Shown here piece by piece: positions 1-12,900 of a DNA stretch of 64,000 nt. Origin of the DNA: the human T2T-CHM13v2.0 reference genome, Homo sapiens; NCBI RefSeq assembly GCF_009914755.1, contig NC_060932.1. One strand, written 5' to 3'. The notes under the pieces were generated by a model. It was not told the origin of the DNA, did not search any database, and saw only the letters and a program-made list of their open reading frames with translations. Within the stretch, counting starts at the first letter, position 1. Each line of letters starts with the position of its first letter. The translations under genes were made by a program, and so were the position numbers.

Positions 1-152
1 AGGAGAAGTGGGCTATACCACATAGCCTAGGTTTGTATTAGGCTATACAATGCAGGTTTGTGTAAGTACACTATGATGTTTGCAAAATGAAAAAAATCAC
101 CTAACAATGCATTTCTCATAACATATCCCTGTCATTAAGTGATTCACGACTG
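1..152 (+). mobile_element. Tigger3/MER7-like TcMar DNA transposon, 3' end
   Basis: GGTTTGTGTAAGTACAC...CCTAACAATGCATTTCTC...TTAAGTGATTCACGACTG followed by TA; resembles the remembered Tigger3 terminus and TA target site. Confidence 0.75.
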
Positions 153-317
153 TAACCGAAATTCAAGAGGTCTACAAGTAAAGTCATTATTTGTACCTGA
201 ACTAGCCTTCTTCCTTGCTGTCTTTATCTTGACAAATGGAATTTAGCTTAGTAAGTATGAAATACTGTAACACTAATTCTATCATCTCCCTCAATGAAAA
301 TAATTTATAAATATATA

Positions 318-352
318 CGTGTGTGTGTGTGTATGTGAGTGTGTGTGTGTGT
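318..352. repeat. (TG)n microsatellite, interrupted
   Basis: gtgtgtgtgtgtgtatgtgagtgtgtgtgtgtgt. Confidence 0.95.
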
Positions 353-512
353 ATTCATTTCAAGGAATCAACTTATGGATGGCAAGTCTCAAATCTGTAG
401 GGCAGGCTGGCAGGCTGGAAACTCTTGGGTAGGAGCTGGAGCTGATACCATAGTCTAGAGACAGAACTTTTTTTTTTTCTCAGAGATACCACAGTTTTGC
501 TCTTAAGGCTTT
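353..512 (-). mobile_element. MLT2-type (ERVL) LTR fragment
   Basis: GGCAGGCTGGCAGGCTGGAAACTC...CAGTTTTGCTCTTAAGGC next to a TG run, typical of an antisense MLT2. Confidence 0.55.
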
Positions 513-516
513 TATT

Positions 517-1930
517 AAAGACAGCCTCTTTAATAAATGGGGCTGGGAAACCTGAATATCCATATGCAGAAGAATGAAACTAGACCCCTATCTCTCACCA
601 TATGCAAAACTCAAATCAAAATGGATTAAAATCTAAGACCTCAAACTATGAAACTACTACAAGAAAACATTTGGGAAAATCTCCAAGACATTGGTCTGGT
701 CAAAAGTTTCTTAAGCAGTACCCCACAAGCACAGGCAACCAAAGCAAAATGGACAAATGGGATCACATCAAGTTAAAAAGCTTCTGCACAGCAAAGGATA
801 CAATCAACAAAATGAAGAGATAACCCAAAGAATGGGAGAAAAATATTTGCAAATTACCCATCTGACAAGAGATTAAAAACCAGAATATATAAGGTGCTCA
901 AACAACTCTAAAGGGAAAAATCTAATAATCTGATTGAAAAATGGGCAAAAGATTTGAATAGGTGTTTCTCAAAAAAACACATACAAATGGCAAACAGGCA
1001 TATGAAAAAGTGCTCAACATCATTTAACATCAGAGAAATGTAAATCAAAACTACAATGAGATATCATCTCAACCCAGGTACAATGGCTTATATCCAAAAG
1101 ACAGGCAATAACAAATGTTGGCAAGGAGGTGGAAAAAGGGGAACCCTCGTATCCTGTTCTTGGAAATGTAAATTAGTAAAACCACTATGGAGAACAGTCA
1201 GGCGGTTACTCAAAAAATTAAAAATAGAGCTACCATATGATCTAGCAATCCCACTGCTGGGTATATACCCAAAAGAAAGGAAATCAGTATGTTTTAGAGA
1301 TATCTACACCCTTATGTTTATTGCTGCACTGTTTACAACAGCTAAGATTTGGAAGCAACCTAAGTGTCCATCAGCAGAAGATGGATAAAGAAAACGTGGT
1401 ACATATAGACAATGGAGTACTATTTAGCTATAAAAATGAGATCTAGTCATTTGCAACAACACTGATGGAACTGAAGGTCATTGTGTTAAGTGAAATAAGC
1501 CAGACACAGAAAGACCAACATCACATGTTCTCACTTATTCGTGGGATCTAAAATGCAAAACAATGGAACTCACGGGCATAGAAGGTAGAAGGATGGTTAC
1601 CAGAGGCTGGGGAGGGTAGTAGGGGTATGGTGGTGGTGGTGGTAGTGGGGGTGGTACAAAAAAAAAACCCAGAATGAATAAGACCTACTATTTTATAGCA
1701 CAACAGGGTGACTGTAGTCAATAACTTAATTGTACATTTTAAAATAACTTAAAGATTGTCGCTGAATTGTTTGTAACTCAAAGGATAGATGCTTGAGAGG
1801 GTAGATTCCCCATTCACCATCCTGTGCTTATTTCACATTGCATGCCTGTATCAAAACATGTCATGTGTCTCATAAATATATACACCTGCTATGTACTCAC
1901 AAAAATTAAAAATCAAAAGGATTTTTAAAA
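517..1930 (+). mobile_element. 5'-truncated L1 (L1MA1-3-like), ORF2 C-terminus and 3' UTR
   Basis: ORFs 602-823 and 1056-1388 give L1 ORF2-like peptides ([31 protein letters not shown]); L1MA-type 3' UTR and A-rich tail. Confidence 0.9.
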
Positions 1931-1950
1931 TAAGACTTGTTTTCTGTCCT

Positions 1951-2209
1951 CAACCAAACACCGCATGTTCTCACTCATAGGTGGGAATTGAACAATGAGA
2001 ACACTTGGACACAGGAAGGGGAACATCACACACCGGGGCCTGTCATGGGGTGGGGGGAGGGGGGAGGGATAGCATTAGGAGATATACCTAATGTAAATGA
2101 CGAGTTAATGGGTGCAGCACACCAACATGGTGCATGTATACATATGTTAAAAAACCTGCACGTTGTGCACGTGTACCCTAGAACTTAAAGTATAATAATA
2201 ATAATAAAA
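1951..2209 (+). mobile_element. Very short 5'-truncated L1PA4/5-like 3' end
   Basis: L1PA 3' UTR (GGGATAGCATTAGGAGATATACCTAATG...GAACTTAAAGTATAAT), (TAA)n tail, exact 19-bp TSD AAGACTTGTTTTCTGTCCT at 1932-1950 and 2210-2228. Confidence 0.95.
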
Positions 2210-2444
2210 AAGACTTGTTTTCTGTCCTTAAAGCAATCACTTACTCTTTGTGTATTGGGAGAACATTAAATAGTAAATAAATCATCATGGATGTTTGTCA
2301 TGGTTTTGCTGCACATCCATTAGTACTTCTTTGCTCCTTGGGAAATACCAACACACGCTTTTCCAAACAAGCTTCTGGATTTTCCTGCTGAAAGGCTATG
2401 CCAGTGTAACGCTGTCTTCTTTCCCCTAATTAAGTCACTGTAAT

Positions 2445-2625
2445 GCAGCACTGAAGAGCATGGGCTTTGGAGCCAGCCGTTCTGGCCTCAGTCACTTTTT
2501 CAGGCAAGATAAATGATGAGTCGTTTGTTTTTTCTAAGTTGATATCCTCACAGAGTTGTCATGCAGACCAAATGAGCCAATATGTGTAAAGTACATTGCA
2601 TGGTGCCAGGCACATAGTGGCACAG
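2445..2625 (+). mobile_element. MIR SINE
   Basis: AAGAGCATGGGCTTTGGAGCCAG ... AATATGTGTAAAG...GTGCCAGGCACATAGT. Confidence 0.7.
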
Positions 2626-2849
2626 ATATAACTATGAGTTATGCTGTCTTGAATTATAACTCTTAACTAGAAAATCTAAATGGTTTGTTCTGTATCAAAA
2701 CCAAGTGGAAGTAATTGTGGACAGATATTTCTGGGTGAACATTTAATTCTATCTTCTCATTTTTATAAGGAAACTTCTGCCTCTGCCTTGGAATACAATA
2801 CAATAACTTGAAATCTGATGTCAACATAGAAAATTTATAATTATTGGCT

Positions 2850-2975
2850 AATCATAGAATGGTAGAGCTGGAAGGGTCCATATAAATGACCTAGGACAAT
2901 CTCCTCTCTTTGAAAACAAGGCATCTGAGACCTCGAGGGATTTGGTGACTATGTATGGTTGTACAACTAGGGAGT
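2850..2975 (-). mobile_element. MIR3/MIRc fragment
   Basis: AATCATAGAATGGTAGAGCTGGAAGGG...CTGAGACCTCGAGG antisense MIR motifs. Confidence 0.55.
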
Positions 2976-3081
2976 AGTGAAGTAGGGTACTCCACTTCAG
3001 CTCATTCTTGGATAAAAGCATGACTCAGAATTTTTCCCCCGTTAGCTCATTTATGCAGATTTATCTAATAAATAAAGGAAA

Positions 3082-3422
<341 letters not shown>

Positions 3423-5280
3423 TCAAATGTGTGAAAAATTTGAATTGCAACTATCCAATATTAAAATATTAAAAACTCATAAAGATGAATAACATATTTT
3501 ATGGAACAGAATACCACTGCTAGTTTATTTTCATTTGTTACTTTCTAATAAAAATGGAGGTATATCAGATTAGATGAGTTACTTGCAACTCGCTGACTTC
3601 AATTAATTTATGTGGTACCTGATTTAAGCACTCGCACTCTGCTCTCTGAGGACTTAGTATCAGGAGACAAAGCTGGCATTAAAGTCAGAGCAGTGTGCAA
3701 TCACTTCAGCCTCTCTAGATTGGCTCGAGCTGTTGGTATAATCACCAGTCTATGTTAACGCTGAGGTTTTAGATGACTGCCTTAAAAAATAATAACATCT
3801 TGGATGAGACTCTGGCTCAGAAATCCTACTCCAAATGAAATGGTCTTTCTTGTATTTAGTTGACTAGAAATACTGGGAGGAGCAGAGAGGTTGGGTAGGC
3901 ACATGGTTAGTATAATTTTTGTGGGATCATGAGTGTCATCTCTTTAAGGAGTCTACCCAGTGATGGCGTACACCTTGCACATATCATTTATTCACTGGAT
4001 CTGACCCTGATTTCATTTCCTTCTCTGGTTGTATAATACCTGTCTCCCAAATGAAGTGGCTATTTATTGTGTGCATGTGTTTAATTCTGAGTCCTCTAGG
4101 CAAGTTTAAGCAAGCAACAAACACTTAAATGAGTTTTCCCAAAGTTTAAACATGTTAATGGTTCATAGCATCTGTCCAACTTGGTGGAGCAATGCTTTTA
4201 TTTTATCTGAGCAGATTCTGAAAAGTCTTCTTACAATTTTGAGTTTGATTCCTGCGCTGTCATTTGGCTTAGCTATTTCTGTTTATTATGCCTTAAAGAA
4301 GAAGGGATGTCAGTATGGGCACAGAATTCAATAGTAAAAATGTGGGGAGTATTCTGGAGGAGCCACAGAAAGTCACATGAAAGTAAAAATGATGATTTGC
4401 AAACCCAAATAAGTCTTTTTAAAGTAGAGATAGAACGAAGATGTATTTTAGCAGTAAAGTCTTGTCACTTTACTATTAGAAGGTAGTTTAAATAATCTAA
4501 AAATCAATGCAAAGATTACTCACTTGAAGAATGAGAATAACAAAATGTCAGATGTTTTGAGAGAAAGATGTCATTTAGGAATTTTCACAATGTTCTGTCC
4601 CAGCAGAAACTAGTTTCTTTCCATCTTGATGAGGTGCCTCTAACCTCTCTCTGGACTTCTCCTGAAGCAAGAACTCTGGGCCTGAAATGAGGTCAGATTT
4701 TTAAGTTGCCACTAAGTGAACATCATTTATAGTTTCCATTCCTCTAAAAGAGCTTATCAAGTAATTGCCTTCTAATAGCAGGCAAGCAGTATGACAAGCA
4801 GGATGAGGCATGATGAAGCTAATGAAAATTTAAAGTGGTCTCCATTTTCCGTTGGCTTTGGAAAGGCCTATCAGAGCAATGCCACTCCCCACAGATAATG
4901 ACATACCTCCTAAAATGACTGAAACAAGGATGTGCAGAAAACAAGATAAGTCTTTTGGTTCCCCAAAGCATAGTCTTCTCAAATTCATGGTTATAGTTCC
5001 TGGAACATTAAAAAATTTTCTTTATGCTAAATGGTAGGTTAAGCTTTACAGTTTCAAAGGTAAAATGTCAGAGACTAAGATCCTCATATCTATAGAACTA
5101 ATCTTGAAGACATTTGATACAAAAATAGTCTATGAAACTTTCATTAAAACTATCTGCATTTAGGTGCTGAACTGGGCCTACACTGTATTTCTGAACTTCT
5201 AGAATGTTTTCCTTAGCTGTAGCTAAGGAAAAAAAACCTAGTCATAAAAATACTTGGTTGTGTTAAGGCAGGAAAGACAC

Positions 5281-5730
5281 TTTCTTAGTTTGTGTTTACA
5301 TAAATCAGACCCCAAGAGAATGGTATAACTACATATATTTTATTCAGGAAGTAATCCCAGAAAGCACAGACAGGGTGTGAGGAAATAGAGAGAAAGAAGA
5401 AAAGCCAATAAAGAAAGCATGATTGAGTTGTTTACAAGTGTTGACAATTGGAACTCAATTTCTCTGGGGATCTTTTGAGAAACCATGAAGAATGTTCAGT
5501 ATTGTTTCACCAACGGAAGAGGAAACTGGTTTATTTATCCAGTTACCCGGCTTTCAGCAACACCCTGTGTATAGGTCCAGCAAGCTTTGTGGTCCTGAAG
5601 AAAGCCCTTAGCCAGAAAAGCAGAAGGAATCAGCACTTGAGGTAGGAAGTTTTCTGTGTTTTAGGAACCATCTCAATTACAACTGCAGGTAATCCGAGTA
5701 GACCGAGAGATTCTTGGACATGGCATCGAC
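5281..5730 (-). mobile_element. ERVL-class LTR (LTR33/LTR41/LTR16-like)
   Basis: TCTTAGT...CAGACCCCAAGAG...TTTATTCAGGAAGTAATCCCAGAAAGCAC...AGCCAATAAAG, an antisense ERVL LTR pattern. Confidence 0.65.
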
Positions 5731-7980
5731 ATCTCTACTCAAATTGGTTCATGCCTCTCTGTAAGTCCACTCTGTTATGACTCTTCAAGAGATTAGCCTG
5801 TAATCGTCTCTAAGAAAGACTTATAACTGAAGGTTTCATGGACTAAGAGACAGTTGTTGCTGTGGCAGCTGGTCTTGACACATACTTGATAGGCATTATC
5901 TTCCTCCTCTTCTACTCATTGTAGGTTCCCCTTACTCTTGGCCAGTACTGCTGCTGATCTAATACAATAGAAGTAGGGTCTGTATTGCATCTTTTTCTAT
6001 TTTACTTTTGCCTGTTGGACCTACTCAGGCCCAATGCTGACTATCTTTTTTATTGTATGATGGATTGCTGCTATGCCTCCCTGATCTCATGATTGGTAGT
6101 TTTGACAATACCCTTTTCATGGTGGGTAGTTCCAGTTGCATGCTCACTTAACTATGGTTAGTTTCTATTAGGGCTCAGTCGCATGCCAGGTAGTCCTTTT
6201 CAAGTGGCAAGTGATCAGTGCTACAGAATGCATGGTCTTGCTCCAGAATCTTAGAAAATCTGTGTTACAGAGCATGTCCTCAAGGGCTTGACAGAGACTC
6301 CACACAATGTCCATATCTACCACAGGTATCTCTTGATACTGTTGGATCTGCTGGCCTGAAAGAATGTGAAGCTTTCACTGCAAGTCCTCTCTTGCTGTAG
6401 GACCCACTCAAAACTGGTAGTTTTCTAAGTCACCCAATAAATGGGTTGGAATAGTATTTCCAAGTATGAAATATATTGCCTCCAAAATTCAGGGCAATCC
6501 TTTCAGTGCTGTGCCTGGTTGTAGGAGTTATGATGTTTACCAACTTGCCTTTTTCTTTATAGAGAATATCTCAAATGCCCAAGAAAACCATACCTCTGAA
6601 AACTTCACCAAAGCAGAAGGCTTTTGGATCTTTATGGAGTTGATCTCAACCTTTTGGCATGCATGTGTCTTACAAGGACTACAGAGTAATTGCCACTTCC
6701 TGTTTACCAAGTCCAATTAGTGTGCCATCAGTATGTAAACAAATCTGATATTCTGTGGAATGTTAAAATAATCCAGGTCCCTTTTGTGAACAAAAGGAAG
6801 CAAGAGAGTTAAGACAGCTCTGGGGCAAAAAAGTAAGTATTTATCTCAGATGAATACAAACAGCTTGAATTTAAAAAATGTGTTGCTCAGATTAACAACT
6901 ACCCATCCCGTGTCAGAGCTGGGTAGATATGTTCTAGTCAGGATATCAAATTTGGCACAGGAGATATGACTGGCACCACAGCTGGCTTATAATGGATTAC
7001 CATCATCTGCCATGATTTATCTGGAATTTTCCATGACCATATCAGTGAATTAAACTTTCAGTCACCGAAGTTGACACTAGTTTCTATAATTCTACCCCAG
7101 AAAATTAAATTTTAAAGATTTACTAATTTAGGGGAAAGTTCCAGGGTTTCCATTTGACTTTTCCCATCATAATGGGTCTTAATCCATAGATTGAGAAAAC
7201 AATATGAGTGTTCTGCCAGCTGCACTAATCACCTAGGGAAATGATGACAGAAAAGTCCATTGGACACACTGTATGATGGCCTTGGTCTCCATAGGCCCCC
7301 ACTCTAACAGAAGTTATCATAGTACTTTGGGTCTTCTGGTAACAGTGTCAGCTCAAACTCTGTATCATAGCCCTCAAAATATCTGGGTATTATCCCTCTT
7401 CTAGTGTATAATTATTCTGTTAAATGGCCATACTTTTCTATGGGAAAGAATTGGGAGAATATTTTTGCATAACTTGGTGTGGCATTCCAGGGTTCTTTTT
7501 TAAGTGGACCTCATCTTTAAGTGATGGACTCAATAACTAGCTCAGATTTGGAAACTGGCAAGAAGTAATGACTTGTCATTACAGCAACCCTTTCCTGAAG
7601 AATCTTTGGCCTTTTGTTGTTATTATTGTTAAGTCAAGAGGTGCCCTTATTGGCTGCCTATTCATCTTGTTCCAAGGAATACCATTGTTTATCAGCCATT
7701 GTCACAAATCCACGTGGTCAAGACCCCCTGGTTTCCTCTCTGGCCTTGCCCCTCCGTTTTCCCGGGCAATAAAATATGTCCACTAAAATCCTGTTATTCT
7801 CGTTGACACTAGGAAGCCTGTTTTCAAGGATTATTTCCTACCATCACCCTGGCTTACAGGAGACCATGAAGCTTTTCAGTGAATCTGGTATCTTCCTCAC
7901 TCATGCACACCTTATTGCTTTAGTGAAGGAGGTGTCGTTCAGGCTTTTTTATGGAACATAGCTAGCTGGTGGACTTCTGA
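5731..7980 (-). mobile_element. Decayed ERVL-class internal region (protease/RT/connection remnant)
   Basis: Minus-strand hand translation near 7320-7433 gives WPFNRIIIH*KRDNTQIF*GL/DTEFELTLLPEDPK, similar to ERVL protease (LLDTGSELTLIPGDPK); near 6030-6150 it gives MQLELPTMKRVLSK, similar to ERVL pol MRPELPIMNWVLSD; many stops and frameshifts. Confidence 0.75.
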
Positions 7981-8290
7981 TTTCATTTTGACTTGCTCAC
8001 CTTTCTGACCCTTTCCTCATTACCCTGCCAAGGCAGTTGTGCATTTCAACTTTGATTACCACAGATCATCATCATATTCAAACTCTAAGGCCACCATAAT
8101 GTCAAGGGAGAGTACCCCTATATCCATAAGCTCTCAGCCCTCAATCTGACAGTCAATTCAAACTCATTTCCCAATTTCTTGCTATTACATATTAGCTGAG
8201 TGCTGCAGATCTACTAGAGAATAAGTCTTTCTTCACATAGAACCTCTCTGTTCAAGCTATGCTAAAACTTGATTCTAGTTGTTGGTAGTC

Positions 8291-8501
8291 CATGCGTTCT
8301 AAACGGGAGTGAAAATTGGTTTTAGGAGCACAAAAAATTTCTTAGATATTAGAATGATTTTTGTCCCTCCAAAGGATGACAGACCATAAACAGATACACT
8401 GTATATCTGTGGTATTAACATTTTATAGGGAGGTAGTTAATTAGGGGAAAAATATCTAAGGTGCCTTAGGTAGATGATAATAAAAAAGATTGAGAAGCCT
8501 G
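8291..8501 (-). mobile_element. MER112-like hAT-Charlie fossil
   Basis: GTGAAAATTGGTT...CCCTCCAAAGG...CATAAACAGATACACTGTATATCTGTGGTATT...TTGAGAAGCCTG. Confidence 0.6.
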
Positions 8502-8516
8502 GTGTAGACACTACAG

Positions 8517-8685
8517 CAGGGTTTCTCAGCCTTAGCACTATTGACATTTTGGGCCAGATCATCTTTGTTGTGGAGGATGTTCTGTGCCCTATACAATGTT
8601 TAGCAGCATCTGTGGCCACTAAATGCTAGTAGGCTTCTCCACCCCACTCTACTGTATCAAGAACCAAAAATGCCTCCAGGTATTG
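8517..8685 (-). mobile_element. MER20 hAT-Charlie fossil
   Basis: CAGGGTTTCTCAGCCTTAGCACTATTGACATTTTGGGCCAGAT...GTTTAGCAGCATC...ACCAAAAATGCCTCCAG. Confidence 0.85.
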
Positions 8686-8795
8686 TAGTGGTTGTCAAAC
8701 TCTATTATGCATCAGAATCACTGGAAGCCTTTGTTAAAGCACAGATAATGGAGTTCTACCTCCAAGTGGGACCTGAGAATTTGCTTTCCTAAACA
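8686..8795 (+). mobile_element. MER5A-like fragment
   Basis: AGTGGTTGTCAAACT...TGCATCAGAATCAC...TTGTTAAAGCACAGAT...CCTGAGAATTTGC. Confidence 0.7.
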
Positions 8796-9062
8796 TTATA
8801 AGTAAGGAAATTGATTGTAGTACTTATTCAGTAGGTTTATTTTGTGAATTAAATGAATTAAGGCTGAGAACAGAAGTACAAATGCAATGAAGCTGGAACA
8901 TGCTTTGTTTGCTCAAGAAACAGCAGGGAGACCAGTGGCTGGAACAGAGTGAAAAAGTGGGAGAGTAGAAGTAGACGAAGTAAGAGCAGTAGCGAGATGC
9001 CAGTTTATGCAGAGAAGATTGGCCATAGTATAAATAAAATAGTATAAATAAAATGAAATTTC

Positions 9063-9517
9063 ATTTCATTTTATTTATATTATTTTTAATTTATTTTATT
9101 TTACTTTAAGTTCCAGGATACATGTACAGGCTGTGCAGGTTTGTTACATAGGTAAACCTGTACCATGGTGGTTTGCTGCACCTATCAACCCATCACCTAG
9201 GTATTAAGCCCAGCATGCATTAGCTATTTTTCCTGATGCTCACCCTGCTCCCTCCTGTCACCAGACAGGCCCCAGTGTGTGATGTTCCCCACCCCCAAGT
9301 CCATGTGTTCTCATTGTTCAGCTACCACTTATAAGTGAGAACACGTAGTGTTTGGTTTTTTTGTTTCTGTGTTAGTTTGCAGAGGATAATGGCTTCCAGC
9401 TCCAACCATGTCCCAGCAAAGAACACAATCTCATTCCTTTTTATGGCTGCATAGTACTCCGTGGCGTATATGTACCACATTTCTTTATCCACTATATCAT
9501 TGATGGGCATTTGGGTT
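9063..9517 (-). mobile_element. L1PA8-11-like 3' end
   Basis: T-rich tail, then TTTAAGTTCCAGGATACATGT...CCCATCACCTAGGTATTAAGCCC; ORF 9322-9510 is the ORF2 C-terminus (WYIYATEYYAAIKRNE). Confidence 0.9.
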
Positions 9518-9682
9518 AATTAATTTTTACTCTGAGAGCTATCAAGAGCCATTGGAGTGTGTTGAGCTGACAGATGGCATGATCTGACTTATTTTATGTT
9601 TACTCTGTTTGCTGTGTGAGTGTAGATGGAATGGAAGTATGAGGAAAGCAAGAACTCAAGTTAAGAGGTTATTGCAATTCAG

Positions 9683-9986
9683 GGCCTGGTGAGGTGGCTC
9701 ACGCCTATAATCCCAGCACTTTAGGAGGCCAAGGCAGGTGGATTGCTTGAGTCCAGGAGTTTGAGACCAGCCTGGGCAACATGATGAAATCCCATCTCTA
9801 CAGAAAAATACAAAAATTAGCCAGGTGTGGTAGCTCATGCCTGTAGTCCCAGCTACTTGGGAAGCTGAGGTGTGAGAATCACCTGAGCCTGGGGAGGTCA
9901 AGGCTGCTGTGAGCCGAGATCACACCAATGTACTCCAGCCAGCCTACGTTACAGAGTGATACCCTGTCTCAAAAAAAAAAAAAAAA
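9683..9986 (+). mobile_element. AluJ SINE, full length
   Basis: GGATTGCTTGAGTCCAGGAG and GAGGTCAAGGCTGC J-type diagnostics; A16 tail; exact 15-bp TSD GTTATTGCAATTCAG at 9668-9682 and 9987-10001. Confidence 0.95.
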
Positions 9987-12900
9987 GTTATTGCAATTCA
10001 GAAAGAGATGTGTAGGGTTTGGGGAGAAGTGGTCATGTTCTAGGGCTATTTCCAAATAAGTATTGGCAGGATATAATGATGGATTGGATAAGAAAGAGAA
10101 AAGACCCAGCGTCAAGAATGTCCCCAAAGACTTTTGTCTGAATTGGAAACATAGAGTTCCCATATTCTGAATCAGAAAATATTGAGAGGGGAGAAAGTTT
10201 TGGTGAAAAAAATCTAGAGTGTAATTTGGGACATATTAAGCCTTAGTATCTCAAACAGAGGTGTTGAATAGGTGTCTGGATCTGTGAATCTGGAGTTCAA
10301 AGGATGGTCTGGACTAAAAATGTAAATGCCCAGTTATATCCCCACAAATGATGTTTAAAATTCTGACACTGGAAGATATTACTTAAGGATGAGTGCTGAT
10401 GAGATCTGAAGGGTAAATCCTATTGCACCAGAACTTTTAGTGTAATTGGGAACTAAGGTTATTATTAATAAATTGGATTATCAATAATTGTCTAGCAAAA
10501 TCTTATAAGTAAGATGACTGAAAAATCACCCAGGTAAATGTCCCCTGGTAAGATAATTTGACCAAAAGACAAACAAAAAATGTTACCCATTATCTTTGGA
10601 TTCACAGGGCTGGCAAAATCAGTTTACTGAAAATCCAAATTTGCTTATATATCCATGGGCTATAATAGCTACCTCCTGAGGCCAATTATAAGAATTAGAG
10701 ATAGTCTAAAATTGTTACTATTTTATTTGAAGAGGAATATTGAAATTTGTTTTATGCTGCATAAAGAACTTGTTTGATATATATTTCATGAGCCCTGGTT
10801 GAGAGGGAACATTTCATATTGGAATATGTGAAAGCTTCTAATCAAACATTTATGTCAGCAAGAGTTTTCTTTTATGGAGGAAAGTTATTGTTATAAAAAA
10901 GTTTTAAAAAAGCATAATAATGCCCTGAAAATGATAATCCATTTTGGACAAGATACAGGGCAGGGAGAAGTCCTAATAATGAACAGATCTTGACAGCTGG
11001 ATTGAAGTCAGAAGCTGGAGTCAGAGGCATGGCTGCTGACCTTGGTTTTCATGGACAGCCTCCGAACCTTCCATTTTCCTAGCCAACTCTGAACTCATTC
11101 TGTTACACCTTCTTTGTAACACAGCAGTTATGAGTGGATGCCTTTACATTTCTTCAGTATACTTTTATATTTGAATTGGAGAAAATAAGGAAGTTCAGTT
11201 TAAACAAATACAGTGTCTAGTATGGGCAATTTCTGAAGGGGAAAGAAAATGTTTAGAAGTGGGTTCATTTATACTGGTATTAATAAATTTGTTGTCAGCC
11301 TCTGTCTTATCCAGCTGTTCCAAACTGAGACTCTTGTCAGCTTTTGGCTGTGAACCCATTTTCTCCATGGAGTCTGAATTAGTTTTCACAGGGCCTGTGT
11401 ATGTCTTTGTAGCCCTGATCAAAAGACCCCTCTCTATACCCTCTTTCGTCTTCGGCATGGCTCTTAGGAGACTGGAATAAATCTGGTTTTCTAGAAATGA
11501 CCACTGGGCCCTTGATTTTGCCTTCATTATTTCTGTTTCATGCTTCCTGTCCTACCCTACCACAGTTTTCCCCCATCCCACTATGTTCTTTTCTGCACAT
11601 AGACTTGGGATCTAGTATACAAGGACAGGACTCTGGGTTTCTGAGTAGCTCAAAACACCAAACATTTTCATCTGTTATCCTCATTCCACTCTTTTTTGTT
11701 TAGGCTCCTGGTTTGGATTTTGACTCAGGTTCTCTTCTCATTCAGTGTAAGTAGTGACTCTGTATGGTGTCCCTCCTCTCTAGACTTGGAGTCCTGACCC
11801 TAACCATATATCATTGGGCTGGATCAGTTTCCTTGAGATGGGGTCATCTTCCGGAGGGCCTTATCTTTTTTTTATATAGATCTCATGCAAATTAGCTGTT
11901 TCTTCCTTGACAACCAAGTATACAGGAATCTTCTGGTTGCTCTATGTATCTTTCTGGTTGGAGATTATGGTGCTACTAGTTCCAGAACCTCAGTTGTGAG
12001 TTGGGTCCCAAAACACCATGTCTCAACCACATGGGCATCATCTTCGTGACAATTTTGATGGAAATCTATTTATTAAATATTAAATGGACTCACTCCTTCC
12101 TCAATTTGGTACTGATTTTGCCCTCTCCTCTTTCTCCCCATCTCCCTCTGGCCCTATGTTCTTGAGGTTCTCTTATGTCTGAGACTGCCCAGGTAGATGA
12201 TATTGTTGGACATGTTGCATCATGTTTATAATGTAACAGATTCTTCTATATAGCATACATTCAATAATGCTTACTGTGAATAAGCCATGCTGTTTAAATT
12301 CTATTTTGAATGGGACAATTTATTCAAAGGTTTGTTGTATTTGTTCTTCACGACACTAGGAACTTCACTGATCTAAGTTATAATTTGGGCCCAGTCAAAG
12401 ATATCTTATCTAAGAGCAGAGACTGGGTTTGACAGAAGGAGGTAGATTTCCCTGTCTTTCAACACATACATACTTATGAAGTACTTACTGTATTCCAGGC
12501 TATGTCCTAAGGTCTAAAGACTCACTAATGGCAAGTTGTAGCTCCCATACAACTAATATCAGCAAAATTGATATCAGCACAGTACTTCGCATGTTGTAGG
12601 TTTTCAATCATCTGTTGGATAAATATTAGTATTCATTTTCATTTTTATTATCATAAAATTTGCTTTTTACTAACACAAAATTTTAACTTCTAGACTTAAT
12701 TAAAACACAATTTTGAATCCCTGTCTGAACCTTAAGTTTAATTTCACTGAAGCCTTGTCAATTTCATGAGCCTTTCTGAAGTGAAAAACTTCTTTTTAGT
12801 ATTGAATCTAGAACAATGATAGCTCTTACATGTATCCCACACATTGATCAACATATCTTCCCCTAAACTTTCTTCCAATCAGCAAAGGGCAATTTTTATC

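Larger units (their letters stand above)
8880..10440 (-). mobile_element. L2 LINE fragment interrupted by an L1PA and an AluJ
   Basis: Purine-rich antisense L2 motifs (AAACAGCAGGGAGACCAGTGGCTGGAACAGAGTGA; GAGCCATTGGAG; ATGATCTGACTT; GTCAAGAATG) that resume after each insertion. Confidence 0.7.
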
